Assembly (NCBI GenBank): GCA_010909165.1
Contig: MU008216.1
Location: 62,001-126,000, forward strand
Length of the DNA: 64,000 nucleotides
Reading direction: 5' to 3'
From: Anthoceros angustus
Lineage: Eukaryota; Plantae; Anthocerotophyta
Shown: positions 12,401 to 23,970 of the stretch, piece by piece
Position numbering within the stretch: position 1 is the stretch's first letter
Layout: each line of letters begins with the position of its first letter
Made by a program: the position numbers and the translations under genes
Notes under the pieces: generated by a model
What the model saw: the letters and a program-made list of their open reading frames with translations, nothing else
Told to the model about the DNA's origin: nothing
The model's database searches: none

Positions 12401-15060
12401 CCATTAGACGATGTCATAGCCGTGTTGCAGGCTACATGGGCGTGGTGGCGTGTACATGGGCGTGAGCCGGTTATGCGATGGAGGGTGGATAGAGAATGAG
12501 GAGGAGGATGAAGAGTCGTCCGATGAGGAAGGACGAGTGAGGAAGGCCTTCCACCAGTGTGTTGGAGCTAGTGTGTGCAAAATGGAGTGATGCCATGGTC
12601 GAGCCACGAAGTTTGCGAAAGGCGGTGAGGAAGGTAGAGTATGAGTTTGCAAGTATAGAGCGAGGATATTGTGGCCGGGTTTGCGGTGCATCGCGGACAA
12701 GGAACCACAATGTGGGCAAGAAGGTGCGGCAAGGCAGTTACATGGAGGGAGAAGGGAAGGATGCAAAATGGTTGCATCCGCCTAATGTGAGCACGAAGGC
12801 ATGGAGAAAGGCGTGGAGCAAGCCGTGGTGACGTTCTGAAGCATGGGGTGTGTGGCCAACACCACAAAGAAGCGCCGCTTGCACCGAGCATGGGACGAAT
12901 CCCTTTGGTCCAGAGGAGCAAAGGAGTTCGAGAAACGGTATGTCCAACGGGAGGGAGCGCAACCTGGATGAGTTGAAGTGGGCAGCAAGGCATGGATTGG
13001 ACATCTTAGAATCTTGGAGTGGTAAAATAGTCGTTGTGGTTAATGGAATGCTTGGTTGTGATATGTAGGTTTCGCTATGTAGGCGTGAGTGATGCGTGTG
13101 CATGATATGCGGGGAAGAAGGGAAGGAAAAGCGGTGGAAGGTGAAGGCCGGTCGTGAAGGAAGGCAGAACCCGGTGGAGAGAAGGAAGATGGAGGAAGGT
13201 GCCAAGCAGGGGGCGTCACCGTCAAGTGATGCCGGAGGCAACGTGGATGGTGGGGATCACGGAGGTGTGATGGCGTGCCACCGGCAAGGCGTATCACACG
13301 ATCCGTGTCAAAAGCGTGAGTAGGTGGTGGGGATCTTGAGAGATTGAATGCTATTCGTTTTGTCATGTAATTGTGGAAGTGGTGATTTGGCAGCCTATGG
13401 GGCCGGAGTGAAGGGCTAGCCATTGAGGCTAGTGGGTGGTCGAAGGTGGACCACACCAGACGAAACGAGGAGGTGCCGGAGGAGAACCTTCATGGAGGAG
13501 CTCAAGAGGATGGCGGGCTGGGAGTGGGTGTCTCCACAGTGGGGAGCTAACGCTTTCTCAGAGATTCGGAGGAGGGATGCCAGGGCGGCATCCGGAGGGA
13601 ACGAGGACATTGGCCTGAGTCTGGAGCTTGAGGGCTGTGTCCAACTTGAGGAGCATGGTGGTGGTGCACAAGAGGGTGACCACATGGCTGCCGAGAGATG
13701 GCATACGCTTTGTGGACCTTCGCCGGTGGCGACGGACAACCCCAACAACGTGGCGGGAGGGAGCCTTTGGAGGAGGAGACTCCTGCGGTGGGGAGTGGAG
13801 GCGTGGTGGGCGTTGCGGAGGAGGGCCAAGGAGCGCATGCCTATGATGGTGAGGAGGGCGGTGAGGAGGAGGACACCAGAGGATGGGGAGAGCGGGAGCG
13901 AGGAGGAAGATGTGGAGATGGCGGATGAGGTCGAGGAAGACATGCCGACTACATTGCCACATGAAATTGGAGAATTGACGGAGCACCGGCGGTAAGCCAT
14001 TAGACGATGTCATAGCCGTGTTGTCAGCTACATGGGCGTGGTGGCGTGTACATGGGCGTGAGCCGGTTATGCGATGGAGGGTGGATAGAGAATGAGGAGG
14101 AGGATGAAGAGTCGTCCGATGAGGAAGGACGAGTGAGGAAGGCCTTCCACCGGTGTGTTGGAGCTAGTGTGTGCAAAATGGAGTGATGCCATGGTCGAGC
14201 CACGACGAAAGTTTGCGAGAAAGGCGGTGAGGAAGGTAGAGTATGAGTTTGCAAGTATAGAGCGCGAGGATATTGTGGCCAGGTTTGCGGTGCATCGCGG
14301 ACAAGGAACCACAATGTGGGCAAGAAGGTGCGTGGCAAGTTACTGGAGGGAGAAGGGAAGGATGCAAAATGGTTGCATCCGCCTAATGTGAGCACGAAGG
14401 CATGGAGAAAGGCGTGGAGCAAGCCGTGGTGACGCGGAAGCATGGTGTGTGTGGCCAACACCACGAAGCCGCAACGCCGGCAAGAATTGCGAACGAGCAT
14501 GGGACGAATCCCTTTGGTCCAGAGGAGCAAAGGAGTTCGAGAAACGGTATGTCCAACGCGGGGAGGGAGCGCAACTCGATGAGTTGAAGTGGGCAGCAAG
14601 GCATGGATTGGACAAAGATGCCGAGTCTTGGAGTGGTAAAATAGTCGTTGCTTAATGGAATGCTTGGTTGTGATATGTAGGTTTCGCTATGTAGGACGTG
14701 AGTCAAGTGATGCGTGTGCATGATGCAGGGAAGAAGGGAAGGAAAAGCGGTGGAAGGTGAAGGCCGGTCGTGAAGGAAGGCAGAACCCGGTGGAGAGAAG
14801 GAAGATGGAGGAAGGTGCCAAGCAGGAGCGTCACAAGTGATGCCGGAGGCAACGTGGATGGTGGGGATCCCGGAGGTGTGATGGCGTACACCGACAAGGC
14901 GATCACACGATCCGTGTCAAAAGCGTGAGTAGGGTGGCAACCCGACATCGAGAGATTGAATGCTATTCGCTTGCCGTCTGTAATTGTGGAAGTGGTGATT
15001 TGGCAGCCTATGGGGCCGGAGTGAAGGGCTAGCCATTGAGGCTAGTGGGTCGAATGCCAC
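9449..15060 (+). repeat. Three tandem copies of a ~1.6-2.0-kb purine-rich unit (degenerate coding-like, probably a TE accessory ORF)
   Basis: The unit start AATGCCACATGTACACATATAGGTGGTGGGCGCAAACTCGAG occurs at 9449 and 11459. The unit end GGGCTAGCCATTGAGGCTAGTGGGT occurs at about 11432, 13413 and 15026. Near-identical ORF fragments recur (e.g. LELVCAKWSDAMVEPR at 10548, 12559, 14155). Confidence 0.95.
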
Positions 15061-15869
15061 CACGGAAGGTGGACCACACCAGACGAAACGAGGAGGTGGC
15101 CGAAAGAGGGTCAAGCAAAGACAACGGGTGTTGAAGCCGCAAGAGGAGTCGAGTCGGACGGTGGCGAAGGGGTGTAGGCGCAAGTGACATAGGAATGGTT
15201 GGTACGCCTATGGGTAGGGGGCCGTTTGTGGAGGGGAATGTAAATGGTCGAGATGTTTTCCTGCGGACGATGGAGTCGTGCATGGGTGGACGGTGATGGT
15301 CAATTAGCAACAAACAAGAGGGAATTGGTCGCCCACCTTTGTAGCCTAGCATTGACATGGGTCCTTTGTGAAAGTGGTTATAGAGGTCATTTGGATAGGT
15401 GTAGGAAGATGTGGAGGAACCACGAAACCATTGGTGTTGGTCTCAAGAGTCACCAAGTGACGCCGCTCCGCGCCTGAGGCACATGTTGGTGGTGCACGCG
15501 ACGCATATGCCCATATCACGTGGATTTCGTATTGCATCAGTGGAAACAAAGCTGCAAGGGATAGAGGACGATTGAAGTGTCCAAAAAATTTGATTTAAAT
15601 TGTCAATAAAATCAAACACTTAGATATGTAAGGTATGAGAGTGACGTAAGGGTTAGCACATATATATTATTATATAAACAAGTCTTGATGCCTATATACG
15701 CATTTATACGTATACAAAGAGGCATGTAAATACACTAATATAATAGAAGTATAACAGATGGATGTGTACATATAAGCACACATACTTATGTCTTGAAGCC
15801 TACAAACATATATATGTATATTGAGTATATGCAAAGGAGGTAAAAGGAAGGAAGGACAGCCCGGGCTAG

Positions 15870-16310
15870 AGAGGTCATTGTAACAAGCAAGTTGAAAGAG
15901 GAATAGTGGAAGAGTATAAAATGGTGTGATAGGGGAGGTCCTTCTCACGGTCATGAAGGAGGAGGAGAAGTGAAAGAGTATAAAAGGGTGTGATAAGGGG
16001 CAATAAATAGGAGGGTGAGGTGAGAGGAGAGAGACCAAGTATTGTGTTAAGATGGTGGGAGAAGGAAGAGAAAGAATGGACCAACTTAACACCAAGCCAC
16101 CATAAAGTGTTGCAATTTGAAGTGGTACATGAAGTGAGAGACCAAGCATTGTGTTAGGATGGTGGGAGAAGGAAGAGAAAGAATGGACCAACTTAACACC
16201 AAGCCATCAAACCATGCTGGAAGTTGGAAGTGGTACATAAAATTGCAACACGACTTGTGGAACGCCAAATTTTGGGTCCACGGTTAGAAGAGGGGCAGAT
16301 GCCTCCTAGT
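15870..16310 (+). mobile_element. Transposon right terminus (subterminal TGTTGCAAT/ATTGCAACA motifs, short hairpin, CTAG-T end)
   Basis: Homologous to 20995-21208 and shares motifs with 38600-38850. Contains an internal ~108-bp duplication (about 16030 and 16138). Ends in AGGGGCAGATGCCTC-CTAG|T. Confidence 0.6.
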
Positions 16311-18317
16311 TTTGTTCATATTAGTTAGGTTTTATTTTTCTTTTTTCACCAACAGGACACTGACGGGAAGACAGCAACAAGGAGTGACCAGTGGAGAAGC
16401 GGGCGGACAGGATTTACAGTCCCCCGACTGGATGGACAAAAAGGAGGAAAAATGGGATTCAAAACGTGTCCAACGGTCAGAAAGGACGGAGGTCCGGACA
16501 GGAGGTCCGGGAAAGTTTACGCGCGAGACAAAGGTTCGCGAAAGACCGAACCTGCAGAAAAGGAGGGCTGGTGCCGGGCCTAGTGGCGGCGGCGCCCGTC
16601 ATACCCGGACATGCAATGAGTAAAACTTACTCCACCGGAAGACGCGCGCGAAGGGTCGCGATAGGTCAGCGCCGCAAATTCCAGACAGGCGCGCGAGGTT
16701 GAAGGTGGTGCGCGAGCGACCGGGGCGGCGTGAGGAAGAGGCGCAAAGACTAAGGAGGAGCGATGCATGCATATATAGAGAAATCATCCTTGGCGCCGGA
16801 GGAGGAAATCGGCCGGCCTTCGAGGGTTTCGGACAAAAGGAAGACGAACCGGCGGGTTAGGGTCAGATCATCGACCTTTTGCATGTCTGCTGATTTTTGT
16901 TCCTTGGTCTTTGGCAAATTGGTGAACAGCGGAGAATTTCTTCCTTGGCCTTCGTGGTTGAGGAATTCCAAACGTCAAGGGGAAAGGTCCTTGGCCTTTG
17001 GACAGGGAAATTTCGTCCTTGGCCTTTGGGTGTGGAAAATCCTCCTCACCCTATATATGGTAGGGGAGTGTTTAGCTCATTTGAGTTGGTCGAGGACTAG
17101 CTGAGGACGGAGGCGGCTGAGGATGCACTGAGAACACTTAGAAGAATTGAGAGGAAAACTGACCGAGGAAGGATTTTTGGAGAAGATCGACCGCCCGTAA
17201 GGCAAAACGGAGATGAAGACGCAACAGCCCCGGAGGAGGAAGAGGCGCAAGGCCCAGCAAAGAAGGAGGGAGCCTCACGAAGGAGAAGAAGAAAGAAAAG
17301 CGAAGGAGAAGCCGAGAAGGATCGCCGAGAAGGAGGGGCCGGGATTTTTGTGTTTGATGCAAGTCTCCTCCAGAGACTTATGGGATTTTCGACAGCTGTC
17401 AATAAAATGTGCACCAAAGGTTTACGATAGGCATTGGGCCTATTCTAATGTGGAATTGGTTGAGTCTTGCTGACGGCTCGAGCGGAGGGAGAAACAGAGG
17501 ACTCGACGGAGGAACGCTGATGATCCAAAGGATGGACCGCCCAAAGACATTCGTAAGGTGTATGGGAGGCCGAAACCGAGAGTGATGGTGTGGCTCCCAC
17601 GAGAGGAATGAAGATGGAAGAGAGAGCGGTGGTCGACCTTCCCGAGGAAGCTCTCAAAGATGCTCATCGGAGGGATAGACGCCAAGAAGAAGAGCCGGAG
17701 GATGATAAGATTGCGACCTCAAGTGGAAGCTTTTACAAGGATAGTTTTTGACCACACCAACCACCTACTTGATGCATTCTTTCATTTCATGTGGAAGTCA
17801 AGCAAGGAGCTCACCGACTGGGGACAACCATGTCAAGGCCTATGAGCATCACCGAGACAAGTCCGAGGCCAAACATTGTGGATAATGAGGGGCGAGGCAC
17901 CCATTTGAGTACTTTGTGCGGTTGTGGGGGCACATGGGTTCTTGTGGAAGAAGAGCTGGAGGAGTCTTACCAGCTTGAAGTGGTCCCTCCGAGGGACTGA
18001 CAGGGTCCCTCTCCTAAGAAGGTGAAGAAGGCAGAGGAGGAACCCAAGGTGGAGCAAGGAGTGCTTCACCTCGGTGGTGATCTTGGATGATGAGACCACC
18101 CCTGGCCCCGACGCCAAGGAAGAAGAAGTGCCGTCTGTGGGGGCACAAGAGGAAGAGGTGGCGGTGCCACCATGTCTGAGGAGGCAACCCCATGGAGTGG
18201 TGGTGGAACTAACCCACCCCTGTGAGATGACCGAGTCAAGGTGAGTTCCACCCAACATCGATGGGGAGAGTGGAGAGACCGCCACCAAGAGAAAGGCGAG
18301 TCGACCCTGTGAGGGGA

Positions 18318-19040
18318 ATGAGAAGACAAAGGCTTTGAAGGATCTCACGACCATCCGCCGCCTAATTGATACTCCATTAGTGAAGCAAGCCTTACAGAAG
18401 TAGAGGAGTTGGAGGTGAGAGCCGCCGATGACCAAGCGATTGCCCTCACCGTGGGGAGAAGGATAGCAAGGCTATCAAGGAGATGGCGCGCAAAGGCGCC
18501 TAGTTGACCGAGAGAAGGTTGGGGCTCAAGATTGAAGAACAAAGGCGAGACAAGAAAGTAGGGGAGCGAATGAAGGAAGTGGCTACCTCAATCGTAAGAT
18601 TGAGGAGACCGTCCGATGGGAAGGAGCAAGAGGAGGAAGAAACCTAGAAAAGAGAAAGAGAATAGGGACGATCAAGACTGCCCGGGAGGAATGAGAAGAC
18701 AAAGGCTTTGAAGGATCTCGACCATCGGCCTAATTGATACTCCATTAGTGAAGCAAGCCTTACGAGTAGAGGAGTTGGAGGTGAGAGGCATCGTCGGGGC
18801 CGGCCAAGCGACCTGATCGGTGGGAGAAGGATAGCAAGGCTATCAAGGAGATGGCGTTAAAGGCGCCTAGTTGACTGGAGAGGTTGGGGCTCGGCAAGAT
18901 TGAAGAACAAAGGCGAGACAAGAAAGTAGGGGAGCGAATGAAGGAAGTGGCTACCCTCAACGAAGATTGAGGCTGTCCGATGTGGGAAGGAGCGGCGGCG
19001 GCCTCTGCCTTGGTGAGAAGAAAGAGAATAGGGACGGAGG
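18318..19040 (+). repeat. ~373-bp tandem duplication with many indels
   Basis: ATGAGAAGACAAAGGCTTTGAAGGATCTC at about 18318 and 18691, with collinear downstream sequence. Confidence 0.9.
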
Positions 19041-19908
19041 CATCTGAGGAGGTGCCAAGCCAAGAATGAAGAATCGAGGCCAAGCTCAAGGAGCCGGAGG
19101 AGGACAGCCACATGGAGCAAGGAGCGTGAGGAGCTCAAGCAAGCAACGGAGGTGACCAACGGTGGAAGGAAGAGGTAGCCCACCGGAGGAAAATGATGCA
19201 TCGATGTCGGTCGTCAGAAGCAACGCCCAGCCGATTATGCATGGCGCAAGGGATCTTGGAGGCATGGAAGAGAGATGCACGAGAATGTCACTCTGACCGT
19301 TTGAGTGAGGTGACGCTTGAGAGGGATGCTATGGTAAGATAGCCTCGGAGAGTGGCCCGAGGAATTTGATGAGATTTGTTTGAAGGGCCGTGGAGATGCA
19401 GTCCACTTACATGCTAGGGTCAACAAGTTTGCCAAGGAGATCGTTCCTTGTTGACAAGGAAGTTGTTGGGTCCCCACGATGACGGGAGATTTTGAAGAAT
19501 TGCGACCCTCAACCCGGAGATTCGGGACTTGGAGAGTGAAATGGATGCAAGGCTCAATGTGGGAGGAGCCAATGGAAGAGGAAGAGATTTCCAGCAGTAG
19601 AGTTGGTGGGGGTGTCTCAGGATGAGCGCACCAACACCCAACCGCCTGGAGGTAATTGCGCAAGACAGATGTTACAGAGAGGCCAAGGCCTCTACAAGAG
19701 CGCCTGCAAGAGGGGTGGCGCCCACCGCCTCATCACAAGATCGCCGAGACAGTGTGGAGGTTCCGCCGCGACGACGAGTGAAGAGATCCTGACAGGGAGC
19801 CCCAAGCCAAGAGGAGGAAGATGGTGGTTGGGCCAACGCCAAGAAGAAGTAGGCGATAGTTGGTAGGGGAGTGAATGGGTCATTAAGACCCCTAGGGGTT
19901 AGTGGGAT

Positions 19909-20991
19909 TGTTAGGAGGTAGGTTAAGAACCTTTTAAGAGGCCACCTACTTAAAACCGTAAGCAACCCCACCTACCCCACCGACTTAATTAATGCTAGGG
20001 GTTTGGGGAGCTCCTATAAGAGGGGAGGAGCTCCCATAATAAAATGTCATGCCTTGCCTCCCGACCAGGTGCTTGTCTTGCTACACAAGCGCGGCCGACC
20101 GTGAGGGTGCATGGTGTCCGTAGGGTCTTGAGGTGCGGTGACTGTGGTGAGGGGCGGGCCCAAACCTTTCTTTCCGGAGGTAGCACCGGGTAGTGTTCGA
20201 GCGGTGAGGGAGCGCATTGTGGTTGCGTGACGGCTGCATCGGGAAGACCCCTAGCAAAATCCAAAGACGCTGGGACGCCCAGCCAAATGTCCGCCTAGGT
20301 CCGTGAGGGCAATGCCCTATGATCTCGAGGCGCTGGCCGGGAGGCTGTGAGGGCGCCTATGATAGTTAGCTAGGAAGAGTGGAAGAGGTAGATTAGAGAA
20401 GAGAGGAGAAGAGAGGAGAAAAGAGAGAAAAGAGAAAAGAGAGAGAGAGAGAGAGAGGACGAGAGAGGAGCTAGAGAGGATAGGGAGCAAGAGAGGAGAA
20501 GGAAGGAGCAAGAGAGAAAAGAGAAAAGAGAGAAAAGAGAAGAGAGGAGGAAGAAACCTAGAAAAGAGAGGGAAGGTGAAATTTCAAGGGTCAGGACAAG
20601 AGCTTGAGGGGCGGCCCCAAATTTGTCACGAGAAGGGTCTTAGGGAGTGTAGGAACTGCTGGTGGGAGGATTGCCCATCAGACGGTGATTTGGGGTGGCC
20701 GCTGGCCGCATTGGGCGGTGCCTCTCGCGACGTAGGTCCGCGCCGACGGAGTCATCGCGGCGAGGGTAGTGTGACTTACCGAGGGTGGGTCACCGCGTGG
20801 CGCCTGTAGGAGGGGCGCTAGTCACGGCGCCTGTGACGGAGCCGGTGAGAGTCGAGAGGTCGTGAGGGCGCACCTCCATCCGCGGGAAGGGCTCCCCACT
20901 CCTTCGTGGGAACGAAACCCACTGCGAACCGTGATTAGGATAAGTGTGGCCTCTGGTCGAGGGTTCCGGGGTCCCGGAACCTCCCACCACA
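19909..20991 (+). repeat. Putative LTR (TG...CA) with internal GA-rich tract (about 20395-20575)
   Basis: TG/CA ends, preceding PPT-like tract and GA microsatellite. No partner LTR in the window. Confidence 0.4.
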
Positions 20992-20994
20992 TTT

Positions 20995-21208
20995 TGTAAC
21001 AAGGGCAGGTGGGAAATTATTAACAATGCTTGTGAGAGAGGGGTGTAAGGGGAGGTGGGAAGAGAGAGTGCCAGTTCGTGTTAAGATGGCTGCACCAAAC
21101 GGGGACAGAACTAACAAACTTAATACCAACCCTCCAAAACATGTTGCAATGTGGAAGTGTAACAAAAAATTGCAACATCCACTGTAACATAGGGTGCCCT
21201 TTTCTAGT
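20995..21208 (+). mobile_element. Second copy of the transposon right terminus (hairpin + CTAG-T)
   Basis: Aligns by eye to 15985-16310 (GTGTTAAGATGG...AACTTAA.ACCAA.CC...TGTTGCAAT...AAATTGCAACA). Ends AGGGTGCCCT-TTTCTAG|T. Confidence 0.6.
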
Positions 21209-22097
21209 AGGGTGGATCATCCGGTTCTTCTTCAGCAATAACGCTCCACTCCTTGTCTGTGTTGTACCGCTTCGGAAGAGAATCCTGGAGCTTTTTCACC
21301 GAAAGCTGCTCCACAAAGTTAAAAGCATGAGGAATCGCAGTAACTGCATTTCCACTGAGGTTGGTGCTCCCTCGCTCGCCATCAATGTCTTCATATCCTC
21401 TCCATTGACTACCCTTTGAGGTGGACGTCCGGACACTACCATGAGAGGATTCTCTCAATTGCATAATAGCGGGTGGGGTTAGTTACCACATTCGGGATCT
21501 CATCCCCTCATCGTACGCGCCTCAGCCGATCTCCGCCTTTCGCCATCGCATTTTTCCGCCGCTCGACAAGGCATGGCGCCCCAACGCAATGGGGGTCGAT
21601 CTCGCATGCTTATTGTCTGTAGCGCCCTCGCGATCACCATCCCGCAATCTTCAAAACCTCTGTGGAAGTTGGCGGGAGGAAGTAAGAGAATTCGTATCCG
21701 GACTCTCGAACTCTTGATGAAAAAGGAGAGGCTCGAGCTCGGGAAATGAAATATGGATGTTTGAACTGCATCAACGGGATTACGATAAAGCCTAAACACC
21801 TGCTAGTTACGCTAAAACGGCTCTGAAGTAGTAGCAACGGTAGGTTCACTGAACACGGTCATCATTCATTTAACCTCAAATGCCTAAAATAGGCCCATTA
21901 CAAATTCCGATGCATCCACCTCAACTTATGCCATCATTTTCTAAGCACAGTGGCTGCACTCTCATTCAAGGTCCATCAGTCGCAACCGTTACGCCTCAAA
22001 TATCCTATTCCCTGGGACTGGAATATGAAGCCACTGTGGTCCCATCATCAAGACACTTGCTTAGTTATCATGATTTGCCCCAACAAGTTCAAATTTC

Positions 22098-22204
22098 AAT
22101 TGTAAATCATCCAACACCACACGTTACCACTTTATGTCACATGTCTATAATTGTAAATCATCCAACACCACACGTTACCACTTTATGTCACATGTCTATA
22201 ATTG
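22098..22204. repeat. 51-bp tandem duplication
   Basis: AATTGTAAATCATCCAACACCACACGTTACCACTTTATGTCACATGTCTAT twice. Confidence 0.9.
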
Positions 22205-22720
22205 TGGGTGTGACTTTGATCCTGATTCAAAGTGCAGTTCTTCCCTCGCATGCACAGGTAGCTCTTGTAGATTTGCCGATGTTGAAGCATCGCTGATTCT
22301 CAGCAAGTGTTTGCTGAGTTGTACACGTTACAGAACTTTGCTTCAGCAGTTCCGTTGTTGCGCGGGACTTCTCATCAATTAGGTCTATTAGTCTAATCTG
22401 GGCACAAACCCTGGCGTAGAGAACTCCAAACTTTACAACGGCCCCAGTCGGTTACTTTCACCAGCGATCACAATTTTTCCCTGGAGGGGCCTTGAAGGGG
22501 AGAGGGCGTAAATCTTTTTCTCTAGCGGAGAAGCAGGCGTAAATCTTGCCTGTTTGCCGCGGCAGTCTATACATGTTTAAAGTAGCACTTATAGAAGCAC
22601 AACACTCGTGGCACATCCGGTCAAAGAGAGCACCGTAAACAAGTCAAAATACAAAGTTTGAAGAACTAATACGAGCCACTTTTCGAATATCAAGCTTACT
22701 TGGACAGTGAAAACGTGTGC

Positions 22721-23122
22721 TTAAGTCCAGAAACCGTACTGATCATCGTTGATCTTCAGCAGAGTGGTGTTGAGGATAACTTTCTCCCCAATCCACATTG
22801 CGTTCTTGGTATGATCATCCAAGGGATGCCCTGTATTGGGATGCACAAGCACAGACATGTTCCCCCTGTTCACTTGAAGCCAGGGGACAAATCGAGAAAA
22901 CTCTTCGGGGGTCTTCAGGTCCACCTCGAACATCCCTATCGGGTGCGGTCCAATTGGTTGGTCCCAGAACTTGAACACTTTCAGCTCTGGAAACTTCTGC
23001 TGAATTTCTTCTCTAAGCTTATATGCTTCATCCTTGTGCTTCTCCGAGGTGTGGAAAAAGTAGATATGCACATCGTATGACCTGATGGGAGGAGCGAACT
23101 TAACAGGACTTTCCGATGCCAT
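22721..23122 (-). CDS. DOPA 4,5-dioxygenase family protein (DOPA_dioxygen, fungal/bacterial DodA-type fold); possible upstream coding exon 23206-23336
   Basis: Intact 133-aa ORF from ATG 23122 with the family motifs YDVHIYF, IGPHPIGMFEV, FVPWLQVNRGNMSVLVHPNTG and DDH...W.G. An in-frame upstream exon is possible via a 70-nt GT-AG intron at 23136-23205. Confidence 0.9.
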   Translation of the reverse strand: MASESPVKFAPPIRSYDVHIYFFHTSEKHKDEAYKLREEIQQKFPELKVFKFWDQPIGPHPIGMFEVDLKTPEEFSRFVPWLQVNRGNMSVLVHPNTGHPLDDHTKNAMWIGEKVILNTTLLKINDDQYGFWT

Positions 23123-23970
23123 TTGCTGCACAGCCCTGCAAATGCAAGCCGGGCAAGACTGAAGTTAGAACTGACAGTGGTACGGTAACCCACTTGACAA
23201 ACAACCTGTGAGCAACCAGAGGAAATCTGTGCGCAACACCTAACAGCTGAAACCCCCATCCGACAGCTCCTGGGAAATCTTTGCCGATACTGTTTAGTCC
23301 GAAGTGACACAAATTGGGGGCGCAGCTGTTTGCCATCTTCAGGAAGGCATCAGAGCAGTCGTCATTCCGCTTCTCCAAGCACTCTACTAAGGGGGCACGC
23401 AATAACAATTCTACGACTCACAAATTTCATTCAGCTCCACAACGTGAAGGCTTTACGGAAGCATCAGCCATACATCAATTCATCAGACTAACATCCGCTG
23501 AAGCCTGCAACAGACGAGCTGACTCCGGCAGGGGTTCAACAACCAACCAGTCGCCAACAAAGACCGCGGAGAGTATGCCACCCATGCTAACACAAGTTCA
23601 ACACTGCGATAAGCAAACAGAGCTGGCCTACTTACAAGAAATCCCGAGGAATCCAGGCCCCCGTGTCAAGCCAATGCTCCAAACGAACAATCCTGCACCT
23701 TCATGCAACGGAAGTGTTGTCGCCTTCGCCTTAAAAGCAACAGCAGCTGGAGACGTCACGCAATATCTCAGAACCCCGGATGAAAGATTTCACACTCCGG
23801 AAGCTCAGAAGAAGGAGAGGCGGAAGGTTCGGCCAGCGGAGAACCACTGATGCAGTTGCAAAAGGAGTACTACTATACGACAAGTGTCTTTCGTCCCGGG
23901 TAAAGGAGACCGAAACTGGCAGCCCTAAACTGGGGCCAAAGCGACACGGTTTGGCCGGGAATCGCTAGTC

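Larger units (their letters stand above)
16311..20991 (+). mobile_element. Degenerate LTR-retrotransposon 3' region (gypsy Tat/Athila-like): broken E/K/R-rich coiled-coil ORF followed by putative PPT and LTR
   Basis: Broken charged/coiled-coil reading frames at 17100-19870, then purine-rich AGGGGTTAGTGGGAT, then TGTTAG (19909) to ACCACA (20991). No gag-pol motifs seen. Confidence 0.5.

Noticed and set aside
9540-14721. Numerous minus-strand ORFs of 100-290 aa
   Set aside because: Low-complexity antisense frames of a purine-rich tandem repeat.
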